Source of the DNA: Chara braunii
Taxonomy: Eukaryota; Plantae; Charophyceae
Assembly: GCA_003427395.1 (NCBI GenBank)
Contig: BFEA01000014.1
Span: 1,296,255-1,342,967, forward strand
DNA length: 46,713 bases
Reading direction: 5' to 3'
The position numbers and the translations under genes were made by a program. Positions within the stretch are counted from its first letter, which is position 1. Each line of letters begins with the position of its first letter. The notes below the pieces were generated by a model. That model searched no databases. It saw only the letters and a list, made by a program, of their open reading frames with translations, and had not been told where the DNA came from. Shown here in pieces: positions 36,052-46,713 of the stretch.

Positions 36052-36672
36052 TTAAGAGTTCGTAGAGTGGCCATTAGCACTCTCTCTGTCGTGTGAATGT
36101 ATACGAGAGGTTTTTCAGGTATGATACGGTCATGATGAGGATGATTTATCTAACACTAAGCACCTGCTGTGTTTGAAAATTGCCAATTGGAGATATATAG
36201 AGAATAGGCCCTTGTGGAGATGACACACATAAATTGCAAAATCGTACAAAAAAAAAAAAAAAAAAAGTTAACAATAAAAAACACTTTAAATTTTAAAACA
36301 GGGCATGCAACCTCATCAGGACTGTGCCAGACCTGAAAGTTAGCTCATATACGTTAAGATATATTCTGCGAGGTTGGTCACGGCAATGACCTCTCCTAGA
36401 AATGAATACAAGTGACTTCCCAGGTCGGGTACAGCCGTGATAAGAATGCATTGCTCCCACATACACACACCCAAAAAAGCACGCAAAAAGAAATAAAATT
36501 AGAAAACTAATTAAAAGAATGCCTTGGTCACACCAGGTGCAGTGGCACGCAACCTGGCGCACTGCACCTACACACACTCTGTGCCCACTTGTCACGGATT
36601 TTTTTTCGCCTCTTGCGCTCTTCGGCAACCCAATTCCAACCAATCGTCAGGCAGTCATAATTATAAGTTTTG

Positions 36673-36895
36673 GAAAAATTGCAGTCAATTCAGACTTCGT
36701 TCCCTATCCTATCCTATCCTACTCTACCGTCTGAAAAATTGCAGTCAATTCGGACTTCGTTCCCTATCCTATCCTGCTCTACTGTCTGAAAAATTGCAGT
36801 CAATTCGGACTTCGTTCCCTATCCTATCCTACTCTACCGTCTGAAAATTTGCAGTCAATTCAGACTTCGGTCCCTATCCTATTACTCTACCATCT
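36673..36895. repeat. 55-60-bp minisatellite, 4 units
   Basis: Units start at 36673, 36733, 36788 and 36843 (gaaaaattgcagtcaattcrgacttcgttccctatcct...ctaccgtct). Confidence 0.95.
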
Positions 36896-37001
36896 TCATT
36901 CGAAAACAACACCCGGCCATTATAGCTTTAACCAATCGACTCCAATGTTCAGTCCGGCTACGGCAAAAACGACCAGGCGTTCTATTCGGGTGAAGACGGT
37001 A
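36888..37001. mobile_element. Tc1/mariner-pogo (Tc2-like) MITE with TA-CCGTCTTC termini
   Basis: TA-CCATCTTC...GAAGACGG-TA with ~35-bp imperfect TIRs; same size and family as 41746-41858. Confidence 0.7.
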
Positions 37002-37089
37002 GTCACGGTCAGCTTACAGTGAGACTTTTCTATTTTAGAATTCATCTGAGCCCCATCATAGGAGCCTTCGATTGTGGCTCTTTTTCCCG

Positions 37090-37122
<33 letters not shown>

Positions 37123-37212
37123 CTCTCGCTCTCAACAATGAACGAGTGGATGAATTCATTTTGTCGTACGATCACGAATGCCAAATTAACTTTGACATCA
37201 GCAGACAAGTGC

Positions 37213-37800
37213 CGGGCCAAGAGTTTCGCGGGGCCACCAAGCCCCCTTGAAACTGTGCCTGTGGGACCAGAGTTTGAAGGGCCCACAGATCAAGAGTTCC
37301 ACGGGGGCCCCACGCTGTGAGCTAAGAACTTCGAAGAAAGGCCCATGGGGCAAGAGTTTCAAAGGACCCCACAGGCCAAGAAGTTTAAAAGCCCATGGGC
37401 CGAGATTTTCAAGGGCCCGCTGCACCTAGGCAAACTTGGCACAGGGTACGTGAAGAAGCTGTGACCCTGTGACCACAGTTTGGAGGGCAGGCCGCCTACG
37501 GATCAGGAGTTCCAGCGGCCCATCTGCAAAGGGTTTTAAGGGCTCATGGGCCAAGAGTTTCAAGGGCCCATGGGCCAGAAGTTTCGAGGGCCCATGGGCC
37601 CAGAGTTTCAAGGCGCCACTGAAACTCTGGTCACGGTTTCAAGGGCACATGGGCCTTGAAACTGTTCCTGCGACCAGAGTTTGGAGGGGCCATGGACCGA
37701 GAATTTCACGGGCCCATGGGACCCAGAGCTTCAAGGGCCCACTGAACGCAGGCAGACTTGGAAAATGGGCCCTTGAAACTCCGACCAGTTGGCTGGCCCA
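37213..37800. repeat. Array of ~24-bp units (GGGCCCATGGGCCAAGAGTTTCAA) in both orientations
   Basis: More than a dozen diverged units; inverted copies read CCTTGAAACT. Confidence 0.85.
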
Positions 37801-38193
37801 CAAAAGAAATCACAAGCTTTTGCACATCTATACTAAGCTGCCAGTGCTAGCGGTGCCTGCTCTTACCGGCACCCTTAGCATCCACTCGGGTTGTTGTTGT
37901 TGTTATAGAAGCCACAGGAGGGGTGGGGGGGATGAAGGGCCACAGGATTTTCATTTTGATTATAAACGCGGCCTCCGGACTGTAATCCCAGCCAGATATC
38001 TGTGACGCCGACCCAGTATCCATGGACATCTTCTCAATCAGCTTTTTGTCGAGGGAAGATAGCAATAAAAATGAATGTAATTGTCGTCATAGTAGAGGAC
38101 CGCCGAGAGAACTGTACTGTCAGCAGAACTGCCGAGAGGCTGTAACAGAGTTTAAACTTGAAAAAAAAAAAGAAAAAAAAAAAAAGACGGTCG

Positions 38194-38300
38194 AGGGGCT
38201 ATGACAGGCAGTTCCATCAGAGTTTCACAGACTCGTCAGCAGGCTGAGCCCTTTACAGTCTGCAGAGTCCCTTAACCGATGATAGTGTACGTGATATTAA
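38194..38300 (-). ncRNA. Diverged hammerhead copy D
   Basis: Minus strand: gcagactgt A aagg gctcag cctg CTGACGA gtctgtgaaactctgat GGAA ctgcctgt catagcccct. Core and stems partly decayed. Confidence 0.65.
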
Positions 38301-38571
38301 CTGCTGAGTCCGTATTAACCCTACCTCCCCGACCACAGTCACTGCCACTATCTTTCAAGCTATATGCGACCAAGTGCGGCGGGCTAGCTATATGCCGACG
38401 ACTAAGAAATACCACAGGAGCAAATGGGCCCTCAAAGGGTACGAGTCTCGGGTGGATCCTTTTTTCGCACCTGTCGATTTAGTGCCACAGACAACCATTG
38501 TAGAGTGTATAATGGGACGCTCTTCATATCACCTCCGCTAAGTGGAGCCCTCATGACTCAAAGTCCGAAAG

Positions 38572-38622
38572 NNNNNNNNNNNNNNNNNNNNNNNNNNNNN
38601 NNNNNNNNNNNNNNNNNNNNNN
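38572..38622. other. Assembly gap (N run), followed by (A)nCGG repeats to ~38686
   Basis: Run of N. Confidence 0.99.
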
Positions 38623-38687
38623 AACGGAAAAAAAAAACGGAAAAAAAAAACGGAAAAAAAAACGGAAAAAAAAAACGGAAAAAAAAG

Positions 38688-38987
38688 CTAGGCTACCAGA
38701 GTGGCCCGGGTCCACTTGCCCGGGCGGGCCAAAAAGAAATAAAAAATAAAAAATAAAAAACATTTTATTTTTTTTAATTTTCATTTTAAATTTGGTCAAG
38801 AATTTTGATGTGACCCTGAGGCAAAAGTTGTTCAGTTTATTTTTCTGCATAACATAGTTTTTTTTCCGGATTTTTTGGCTTTCTCTTTTTTTTCTTTTTT
38901 TTTTTTGGCTGGGACCTTCCCAAGTCCTTGCACGGCCGGGCCGCCCGGGAAAATATGGTGACCCTGGTGGCCCGGCTGGTAGCCTAG
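38688..38987. mobile_element. hAT-like MITE (300 bp)
   Basis: 12-bp TIR CTAGGCTACCAG/CTGGTAGCCTAG, 8-bp TSD AAAAAAAG (low complexity), GC-rich CCCGGG subterminal motifs. Confidence 0.75.
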
Positions 38988-39264
38988 AAAAAAAGGGATA
39001 ATTATTAATTATTAATTTGCCAAAAAGATGTTCGACAAGCTCCTTGATAGGGGCTCGGCGGAAGTCTTTTGTGTGCTCCGCGCCTAACCCAAGAGACTTG
39101 ATTTGTGCCTTCCATTTGACAGCGTGAATTTGGGTACTTAGGAAAGATATCCTTTTATGACTTTTTGTGCTTCACACCTACAGATTAAACCAAGGTCACG
39201 TTTCAAATCCGTTCAGGGAGCACGGAGAGGATTTAGGCCCGTGGAAGTGCAGAACCATATAACA

Positions 39265-39425
39265 AACACCAGTACTTGGCCCACCTATCGGTCGTGGAAA
39301 AAACAATAGAGCAGAAACAATTCTACTCGGGTGAATTTGGGCGCTCCTGTAGTGGCCCGTACGTTTCCTAAAACCGTCGCCTGTTAGCGAACTTAGCGGG
39401 CACGACTTTAGCAAGTACTGGTGGT
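39265..39425. mobile_element. Second copy (opposite orientation) of the ACCACCAGTACTT MITE
   Basis: Shares the exact reverse complement of aggaaacgtacgggccactacaggagcgcccaaattca; right flank TTAA. Confidence 0.75.
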
Positions 39426-40204
39426 TTAAGCTATATATAACTCTCTGACTGAGTATCCAAAAGGTACGCCGTTGACCTTTGGGGACCATCATCCATTGAT
39501 TGATAATGCATCCTTCATCCATTTTGCCCTCCTTGAGCTGCCCGCCATTTCGCCCCGGTAGGCCGTCCCGCGGAACTTGCGGCACGTTAACGTCCGCGTC
39601 GGACGAAAATGGCTCGGCCAACTACTGGCGGTTTTTTGTGTTCTTTTTTTTTCACCGCCCTCCTGCTGCCGATCCGCGATCAGCTCAAATTTTTCAGAAA
39701 ACAATGACCCTTTCTCATCCTCAACAACAATGCGCAGAATCTACAGACATTACAAAAATTCTAACATAAGGCTATAATAATAACAACGAGGAGGAGGAGA
39801 AGGAGGCGGCGGCGGCATAAAAACATTTGCAGTTGCTCAAAAACTTTGAAGTGCTGCTACTCTTCTTACGGCTATTTGCATTTCTCACCAACTTCCCTAA
39901 GCCGGGAATAACATCTGCATCTCGCACAGAGTGCTCTGCTACTCGTCTCACTGCTCATCACAATTCTTGCAAGCTTTCCTGAGCTGGGAAAAAACTCTGG
40001 AAAAAGGGAAAGCAAAGGGAACAACCACTCGTCGTCATTCAGTACCTACTACCAACGGAAGCCGATCATTTCATAACACACTATCCAGCAAAATCTACAG
40101 CCATGCTAAATTGTCCCATGGAGAACCACCTCCCTCACATCCCCTCCTCCACCATTTCCGAACATGTTGGACTTCGGAAACACCCCAGTACTTATTTCTC
40201 CAAA

Positions 40205-40287
<83 letters not shown>

Positions 40288-40351
40288 CCCACAAGCGTGC
40301 TGCTTCCCTGTGATCTCCTCACCATGTCCATTGACCCTTCAGAGCTAAATT

Positions 40352-40438
40352 TCAGGCCCCCACCTTCTCTACATCTAAAGTCAACCTCTGCAATCTCCTC
40401 TGGTGCACATCGTAGTTGAAGACGCGTGCCATCATGAC
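40352..40438 (-). CDS. PFD3: Prefoldin subunit 3, last coding exon
   Basis: Acceptor ctctttgtacAG, then VMMARVFNYDVHQRRLQRLTLDVEKVGA*. In frame with the previous exon and matches the PFD3 terminus V..ARV.N.DVHQRR. Confidence 0.93.
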   Translation of the reverse strand, partial: VMMARVFNYDVHQRRLQRLTLDVEKVGA

Positions 40439-40658
40439 CTGTACAAAGAGATTAACAATCATCAATCAGTCACCAATCAATCAATCGATCAATCAATCAA
40501 CCAATCAATCAATCAAGCAAGCAAGCAAGCAATCAAGCAATCAAGCAATCAACCAATAGAAGTCGAGCAAATTATGCAGAACATTCAGAAACCATCAGTA
40601 GGCTGGCACAGGTACAAACAACCATCAACAGGACTCCGTCCACTTAGTCTAAGATCAC

Positions 40659-40750
40659 AATGCTTCTTCTCGAAATCGTACTATTACCAAATGCTTCTTC
40701 TCGAAATCGTACTATTACCAAATGCTTCTTCTCGAAATCGTACTATTACC
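40659..40750. repeat. 31-bp tandem repeat x3
   Basis: aatgcttcttctcgaaatcgtactattacca repeated three times. Confidence 0.95.
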
Positions 40751-41034
40751 GTATGTATGTGAACTTTGAACACTAGGGTATACTTTTTTGGACATCGAGA
40801 AGGTCATCCGGACCATCACGATGTCCAGATACGGATGCCAGGGTCAAGATGCTTTCTAGGTAATATAGGGTTAGATTAAGTTCCAAAATTTCGACTTCTC
40901 GAGAGAAAAGAAAAAGAAGAAAAAAAAAAAGAAAAAAAGAAAAAAATATATCTTACGTAGCGCTGCAACTTGCAATACGAACAACTTTCTGCTGAGGGTC
41001 ATTTTGAGACTTTTTTATCATTTTTAATGGGGAG

Positions 41035-41142
<108 letters not shown>

Positions 41143-41362
41143 TGGACTCTGCTTGTCTGGTATCAATGCAGATGCTTGGATGAGTGCGGACCTCAGCTTC
41201 ACCAGACGTCAGGTCATCACCTGGTCCGGGTCCAGGATAACCAAGGTTTAAAATAAAATTAAAAAAAAAAAAAAAAGGTTAAAAAAACTATACACTGAAT
41301 CCTACAAGAGAGGAAGACCACCCACCAAACACATGGGTAGTAGGTCCTTCAATATACTCTGC

Positions 41363-41422
41363 CAGAGCGGCCCGGTTAACCATAGGCAGAGAGGGAGAAG
41401 AGGACAACAAACGAGGGGCTGT
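41363..41422 (-). repeat. 3' fragment of the hammerhead repeat family inside the PFD3 intron
   Basis: cagagcggcccggttaaccataggcagagagggagaagaggacaacaaacgaggggctgt matches 35017-35076. Confidence 0.75.
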
Positions 41423-41745
41423 CGTCATTGAAATAAAAGGACAGAGAGAAGACGGTCACGACCAAAACACATCCCATAACTTCGGAGATGACAGAGTCCA
41501 AACCGTACAAATAAAAGATTAGTCTGACAACACATCAAGCGGGCCAAAATGTTGCCGGATGCATCTTACCTGAAGGGCATCCAGATTCAGATGCATTCAG
41601 ACTCGTCTCGATTTCACGTCCAACATGCGTACATGCAGATGCCGATGGCAAAACCACTTCCTCAAAGCAGAATCGGCAACATGCTTGAGATGGCGCAATG
41701 CGCGCCCACACAGAAAACTCAGGGATATGGCCTTCAGCCAGGAAC

Positions 41746-41858
41746 TACCGTCTTCGTCCGAATAGAACGCCCGGTCATTATAGCTGTAATTATTTGGCAC
41801 AACTTTCGGTCCAGATGCAGCGATAATGACCGGGCATTCTACGCGGGTGAAGACGGTA
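41746..41858. mobile_element. Tc2/pogo-like MITE
   Basis: TA-CCGTCTTCGTCCGAATAGAACGCCCGGTCATTATAGCTG pairs with CAGCGATAATGACCGGGCATTCTACGCGGGTGAAGACGG-TA. Confidence 0.8.
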
Positions 41859-42499
41859 GGGTGACGACAACTTGCCACATCTTGCGGCTATGGCGTCTGA
41901 GCGCCAGCAGTCTGAAATTCCCCACCCGAACACTATCCACCACCATCAGACACACTCACACGCACGTACGCACACAACACTTGGATCTACCCTGAATGTC
42001 TGCACTCACACACACTATCTTCTATCTTCTACACGCCGCCGGCTATGGCCGCCGTCGTCTTCCTCCTCCTCCTAGCAGCTATGGCCGCTTGCCCTCCTCA
42101 ACCCAGGCTCTCCTGTTGACCACCCGTGACTCAACGCACAAGTCGCTAATCAGCACTGCCGCGTACTTTGTCTCAGAATGAGTCCATGACTGCCCGCTGC
42201 CTCTATATTTATACTGTTTCGTTTGGCGGTCTGCACACGTGGTTAACCAGGGGTGTTATTTTCGACGAATTTTGCACCGAATTGCGGTCTGGGCCTGCCG
42301 GATGGTCCCACGCCCTCAAGATGTGCAGTCCCACTCTCAGACTGGTACTCGCTGCAAAACGGCTGAAACTGGGGCTCTTGACCTTGTCATGTGCCCCTTC
42401 GGGGTTGACTTGGGACTCCTGACGACCTTTCAGAGATTTGACGAGCTGCCTCCACTGACTTCAAGAGGTCAAGTTGACTCTTCGAGACCTAACCTACAG

Positions 42500-42871
42500 T
42501 ACCGTCTTCCGTCGAATACAACGTACGTCATACGGTCATTATAGCTGAATTTGCGGTATCTTTCAGTCTATAAATTCAGCTATAATGACCGTGCGACGTT
42601 CCTTGTATTCGGGGGGAAAGACGGTAGCCACGACCTACTGACTTCCACGGGTTCCCCCGACCTACTGACCTTTCAGACGACGTATGGCCAGCTGCTTAGA
42701 AGTCTTAGGGTCTGCTGCCTTTTCGTATGGCAAGTAACTAAGTCTTACAGTTGACCTTTCGAAAGGTCAAAACTGGCCGGCCATACGTCTTCTGAAAGGT
42801 CAGTAGGTCGGGCGAACCCGGGGAAGTCAGTAGGTCGTGGCTACAGTCTTCCCCCCCGAATACAACGAACG
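42500..42871. mobile_element. Tc2/pogo-like MITE (42500-42626) overlapping a ~94-bp foldback (42597-42690/42777-42871)
   Basis: TA-CCGTCTT...AAGACGG-TA; the second inverted repeat includes the MITE right end and tandem cgacctactgac motifs. Confidence 0.75.
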
Positions 42872-43238
42872 GACGACCTACGGACGACCCTAAGACTTTC
42901 TAAGCAACAGACCTACGGATCAAATCCATGCGACCCGCGCTTCGCACACATGGCATTTATACACACGGGTTTGGGGAGAGGTCGTGGGTTCAAGCCTCAA
43001 GGCACACGGGGTAAACGAACAACACAAACGTACTGTACACTGGGTTGGGGAAAGTCTGGGGATCAAGACCCGGTATCTGCAATTGTTGCACGAACTGGGT
43101 GAAAGTTCCGTGAAACCCTTTCACAGTCAAGAAAGTCGAGAAAAAAAAAGGACATAGGTGCATCACCAAGTGCATGCGTTCTCCATCCAAAACCAAACGC
43201 AACATCAGTTTTCAGAGACCAATAAGAGAACAGTATTA

Positions 43239-43326
43239 GGGCATACTCATGCCGGGTTGTGCTGGATGTATCTCACCTAAACTACATCCAGGTTCAGTCG
43301 AGATATTCCTACTGTGTGTAATGCCC
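43239..43326. mobile_element. PIF/Harbinger (Tourist-like) MITE, same TIR family
   Basis: GGGCAT...ATGCCC termini, TTA TSD, inner hairpin ctggatgta/tacatccag. Confidence 0.7.
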
Positions 43327-45354
43327 TTAGAGAATGCCAGCTCGAGAACATTTATGTATACAACATTTATGTATACAGCAGCATCAGGGCTAATCTCCGC
43401 GGGCACTTAAAAGAAAAAGAAAAAGAGGACCGATGCCGGCTATGAACATTCCCTGCAGAGATTGCCAGCCTCTTTTAAGAAAGATATATCTTCTTTTTTT
43501 TTTTCAAGGAAAGAACTATAGAAATATCTCACAGCTTAGCAGATATGGGAAAAGGGGAAAAAAAAATCAAAAAAACAAACATCCACCTTTCACAAAAAAA
43601 TAAAAAATAAAAAAAAAATCCAAAGATTACAAACCACTGAAACCATACCATCGTCCACCTTTTGGATGAGACGATAAAAGTGCAGTATTTTACTATTTGT
43701 TCTTTTTTTTATTTTTTTTTTCCCTCCTACTATCCCGATAGTGTAGTATGTAGTATTGACTCTGAGCTTTCTGGGGCGAGGTCCCATTAGCAGTAGGATA
43801 GGAGTGTGGCCGATCCGGTGTGACACGTTCATTACGAATTTCTGGGCTGAGAAAACAGGAAAAAGGCCAAAAAAGAAAAAAGACACAGATACCTCCCACT
43901 GGAAATCACGGCAGAGTGCTTCCCAGCCATCAGATCACAAATGATCTGATGGCGGTGGTTGCAAAAGCACTGAACAAAGTAACCGCCATATTTTTTTGGA
44001 ATAAAATCAACTTCTGTCAGCAGTGATCCTGACACCCTCATATACTCCGTGATTGAAGGAGGGCTCCACCCAATGAGATAATTGCACAACAGCAAGTAAA
44101 ATGCTGAAAATCTTCTATCCAGTGGGCTAAGGCCGACCCCAACCTCGTTTGGGGTTGGCCACACCCCCAACCGATTGAAAAGATTCTGGCGGGAAGCTGT
44201 CTTTGCACGGGCATGCCCAGTGTTAAGGAGAGGAGGAGGGGAACGAAGATCTCCTTACTTTTTCGGATAATACATGTAAAATACTGACGGTGGGATCACG
44301 AGTAGTGCACGGCAGGATTTGGGTCACTCAACTGCCCCACAAACTCGTTTCTATCCTATCCCGTTGCTAGTGGGACCTCGCCCCTGATCAGTGTAATTTC
44401 TGATCCAAGGTAGTCAGGCCGTATTTTAAGGGAGGGAAAAAAAAAAAAAAAAAAAACACAACCAACAACAACAACAACAACAACAACAAGAAGGAGACCA
44501 TCAGTTACATTTCGAGCCGCCCATATTAAGCCTCCAAGAGAGTCCTCTCACTTGCATTTTTGGATTTTTTGCATGTATCTGACTGCTATTACAGCCAGCT
44601 GTGTCTGTATCTGACCACTATTAGGGTCTGGTGCTGAGTACAAAAGGTCCTAGTGCGAGTATGCCCAGAGAACTTCACTTGCACCAGTAGTTGTTCTAGA
44701 AATCTCTTCTTCATCTTCATCGAGACCCGAATCTCGTCATCCTGTTTTATCCGACCTACAAATAGAACCGAAGATAAGTTTCAGACTTACGATCACTCCG
44801 TCCTTACGACGTAAAAAAAAAAAAAAAAAAGGCCTCACTACCAGTGTTTCAGTCACTTCGTCTTTCAAGAGGGAAAAAAAAAAAAAAAAAAAACCTTCAA
44901 AAGAAGGCCTCCCATGTGTCACAGTCCCTTCATCTCTCAACCGGGTCGCCCCTCTGTTATAACTTATACGCTACTACGAGGTAGTACCAGGCACACCCGG
45001 TCATGCATGGGCCACCCAGAGGTCCTGGCCGTCCGAGCTGCCAGGCGTGAATATGGGCAGAAAATTAGTGCGCAGGCGCATGGAAAAAACTGTTTCGTGT
45101 TGTGCTCGTGTTGTCATGGTCGCTATACGAAACTCCACAAGAAAAGCATGACTGTGCTGTGCCAGAATGTTTTCTTGGACTTTGAAAAGCAAAAGAAAAA
45201 GACTGTTTTGTCGGACTTTGAAAACAAAAAAAGACTGTTTTGTTGGACTTAAAATGACCAACACATCGTCAGGAGGTTGAACCATGCACGGGTGGTGGTG
45301 GTGGTGGGGTGGAGATCGGGGCCGGTACAATTTTCCCACTTTGGTACCCCGTGG

Positions 45355-45434
45355 GCCCGTGTCATGGCTGTAGTGGTTAAGAGACTTGGCTATTGTGGAC
45401 GAGGGTGCCGGTTCGACTCCATGCGTGCACGGGT
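45355..45434 (+). promoter_or_regulatory. tRNA-derived Pol III internal promoter (SINE-like head)
   Basis: A box TGGCTGTAGTGG (45365-45376) and B box GGTTCGACTCC (45410-45420), 33 nt apart; closing stem cccgtg/cacggg; no convincing cloverleaf. Confidence 0.6.
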
Positions 45435-45562
45435 AGTTCCCAGTCCCAAGAACGTTCTGACTGGCATGGAAAAACAGCCTAGGTTATAACTTACAATGAA
45501 CTTTATAAGTTTATAGTATAGTGACTTGGTCTCTCCTGAGGGGTTGGGGTGTGAAATCTCAC

Positions 45563-45580
45563 CTGAGTTATAATCTGTCC
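45563..45580 (-). CDS. Candidate 18-nt in-frame micro-exon of PFD3 (GQIITQ)
   Basis: Polypyrimidine tract + TTTAG acceptor and CAG|GTGAG donor, phase 0. Resembles the 3' end (DQVTITQ) of the upstream exon. No transcript evidence. Confidence 0.3.
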
Positions 45581-45887
45581 CTAAAGACAAAGAAAGAAGA
45601 AAAAAAAAAATTAAAGAATCCCTCAGCCTGTGTCACATAAGCTTTATAGTCACTGTGTATCTCAGAAAGAAGGAAGAAAAGAAAAAGAACAGAAAAAGAA
45701 AAGAAAAAGAAAAGAAAAAGAAAAAAGAGAACCCAAAAAGTGCAAGTGGTTAAGCATAAATTAGTCGGCCACGACGGCGAGTGATGAGTTAACCTGGCCG
45801 GCGCACCCATATCTCAAAAAATCCATGTGACTGTCTGCCTGACGATCGGATTTTAATTTTTTTTAAAAAAAGGACAAGGGGTCTCAC

Positions 45888-45989
45888 CTGCGTTATAGTC
45901 ACTTGGTCTCTCAGGAACTGCAGATCATTCGTAATATTCTCCAAACTTGTAGTAGCATTTTCTAGATTGCTCTCAAGAAGCGAAATGGC
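45888..45989 (-). CDS. PFD3: Prefoldin subunit 3 (VBP1/PFDN3), penultimate coding exon; upstream exons lie beyond the window end
   Basis: 102-nt exon bounded by CAG acceptor and CAG|GTGAG donor, phase 0/0. Translates [34 protein letters not shown], matching the conserved plant PFD3 C-terminal helix (NLENA..SLE....[12 protein letters not shown]). Confidence 0.93.
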
Positions 45990-46125
45990 CTGGCTTATCC
46001 ATTATACCCCATCAGCACAGTAAAGGACCAACACACCCATCACTCCTATAAATTTCAAATTAAAAATTCACATAGCAAAAACAAACACATACTGTACAAT
46101 GCGAAAAATGGAAATGGCGTGCGCT

Positions 46126-46265
46126 TCAAATTTCAAAATTTCACATTTCAAATTTTCAACTTTTCAAATTTTCAAATTTTCAACTTTTCAAATTTTCAAA
46201 TTTTCAAATTTTCAAATTTTCACAATTTCACACTTCAAATTTCAAATTTCAAATTTCGAATTTCG
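46126..46265. repeat. Degenerate 7-9-bp (TTTTCAAAT)n array in the upstream PFD3 intron
   Basis: Direct reading. Confidence 0.9.
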
Positions 46266-46713
46266 ATCCAGATAGTTACCGACTTCTAACCTTATCCCCA
46301 TCCTTAGCCAACCACTAAGGACCACATGCAAGAATCACTGTTGATTCACATCAATGTTTTTTTTTTTTTAACAAATATAAAATCGATTTTTTTTTTTTTT
46401 TTTCAATGTTAAAGTCAAACTTTTTTTTTTTTTTTTCTGTTCTTTCTATACTCTTCTCTCAACTTCTGTTTCTTTACCTTCCATCACCTACTCCTAAGAC
46501 TATCTAGAGGGGACCCCTGCAAGCATAATAGCATCAACTACAAATGTTTGGTTTGGTAAATTGGTTTGGTTTGATTTGGTTTGATGGGGTAATGATTGAT
46601 TTAATATGAAGGCATAAGAGTTCCAGCAGACGGCCATCAACCAACAGACAGATGTGGCGAGGCTGTGAATGATGGGGGAAGGGCCCTTCCGATGAGAGAG
46701 GGGGAGGGGGGGG

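Noticed and set aside
36673-36895. CRISPR-like periodic repeat
   Set aside because: Units are contiguous with no unique spacers, there are no cas genes, and the context is eukaryotic. The same applies to 40659-40750 and 37213-37800.
37469-38005. 178-aa ORF with SFKGPWA repeats
   Set aside because: It is the translation of the 24-bp repeat array; no coding evidence.
39196-39621. 141-aa minus-strand ORF
   Set aside because: Non-ATG start, runs through a MITE, and lies in the probable PFD3 3' UTR/downstream region.
41567-41740. Strong CAG|GTAAG donor on the minus strand inside the PFD3 intron
   Set aside because: No clear acceptor or PFD3-like coding sequence, and the flanking exons already join in frame.
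42978-42998. B-box-like gaggtcgtgggttcaagcctc
   Set aside because: No A box at a suitable distance.
45355-45434. Functional tRNA gene
   Set aside because: A/B boxes are present but the anticodon and T stems do not pair convincingly.

Overview
This is eukaryotic, repeat-dense DNA with two assembly gaps, not a prokaryotic window. The streptophyte-like prefoldin exons, long intron and TE content suggest a charophyte alga such as Chara (inference only). The one recognisable host gene is on the minus strand: the last two coding exons of prefoldin subunit 3 (PFD3/VBP1) at 45888-45989 and 40352-40438, separated by a 5.4-kb MITE/SINE-filled intron. Neither exon appears in the supplied ORF track. Positions ~7870-33800 are a nest of decayed retroelements. 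A Penelope-like RT is cut off by an L1/Tx1-like LINE (A). LINE A is split by a solo LTR and by a full-length 9.1-kb LINE (B, 15-bp TSD). Several minus-strand LINE pieces follow (C, D, and E with a 14-16-bp TSD and an intact ORF2 C-terminus). Most notable: (1) a small non-coding repeat family carrying a type III hammerhead ribozyme, arranged in tandem and inverted copies at (TA)n tracts; (2) covarying RNA structures, including an H-type pseudoknot, conserved in the 3' UTRs of divergent LINEs; (3) an SH3/Tudor-like insert in ORF2p and a shared unannotated ORF1 C-terminal domain; (4) degenerate copies of the PFD3 exon end inside its intron, one forming an in-frame 18-nt micro-exon. Coordinates were read by hand, pseudogene boundaries are approximate, and no database searches or folding programs were run.
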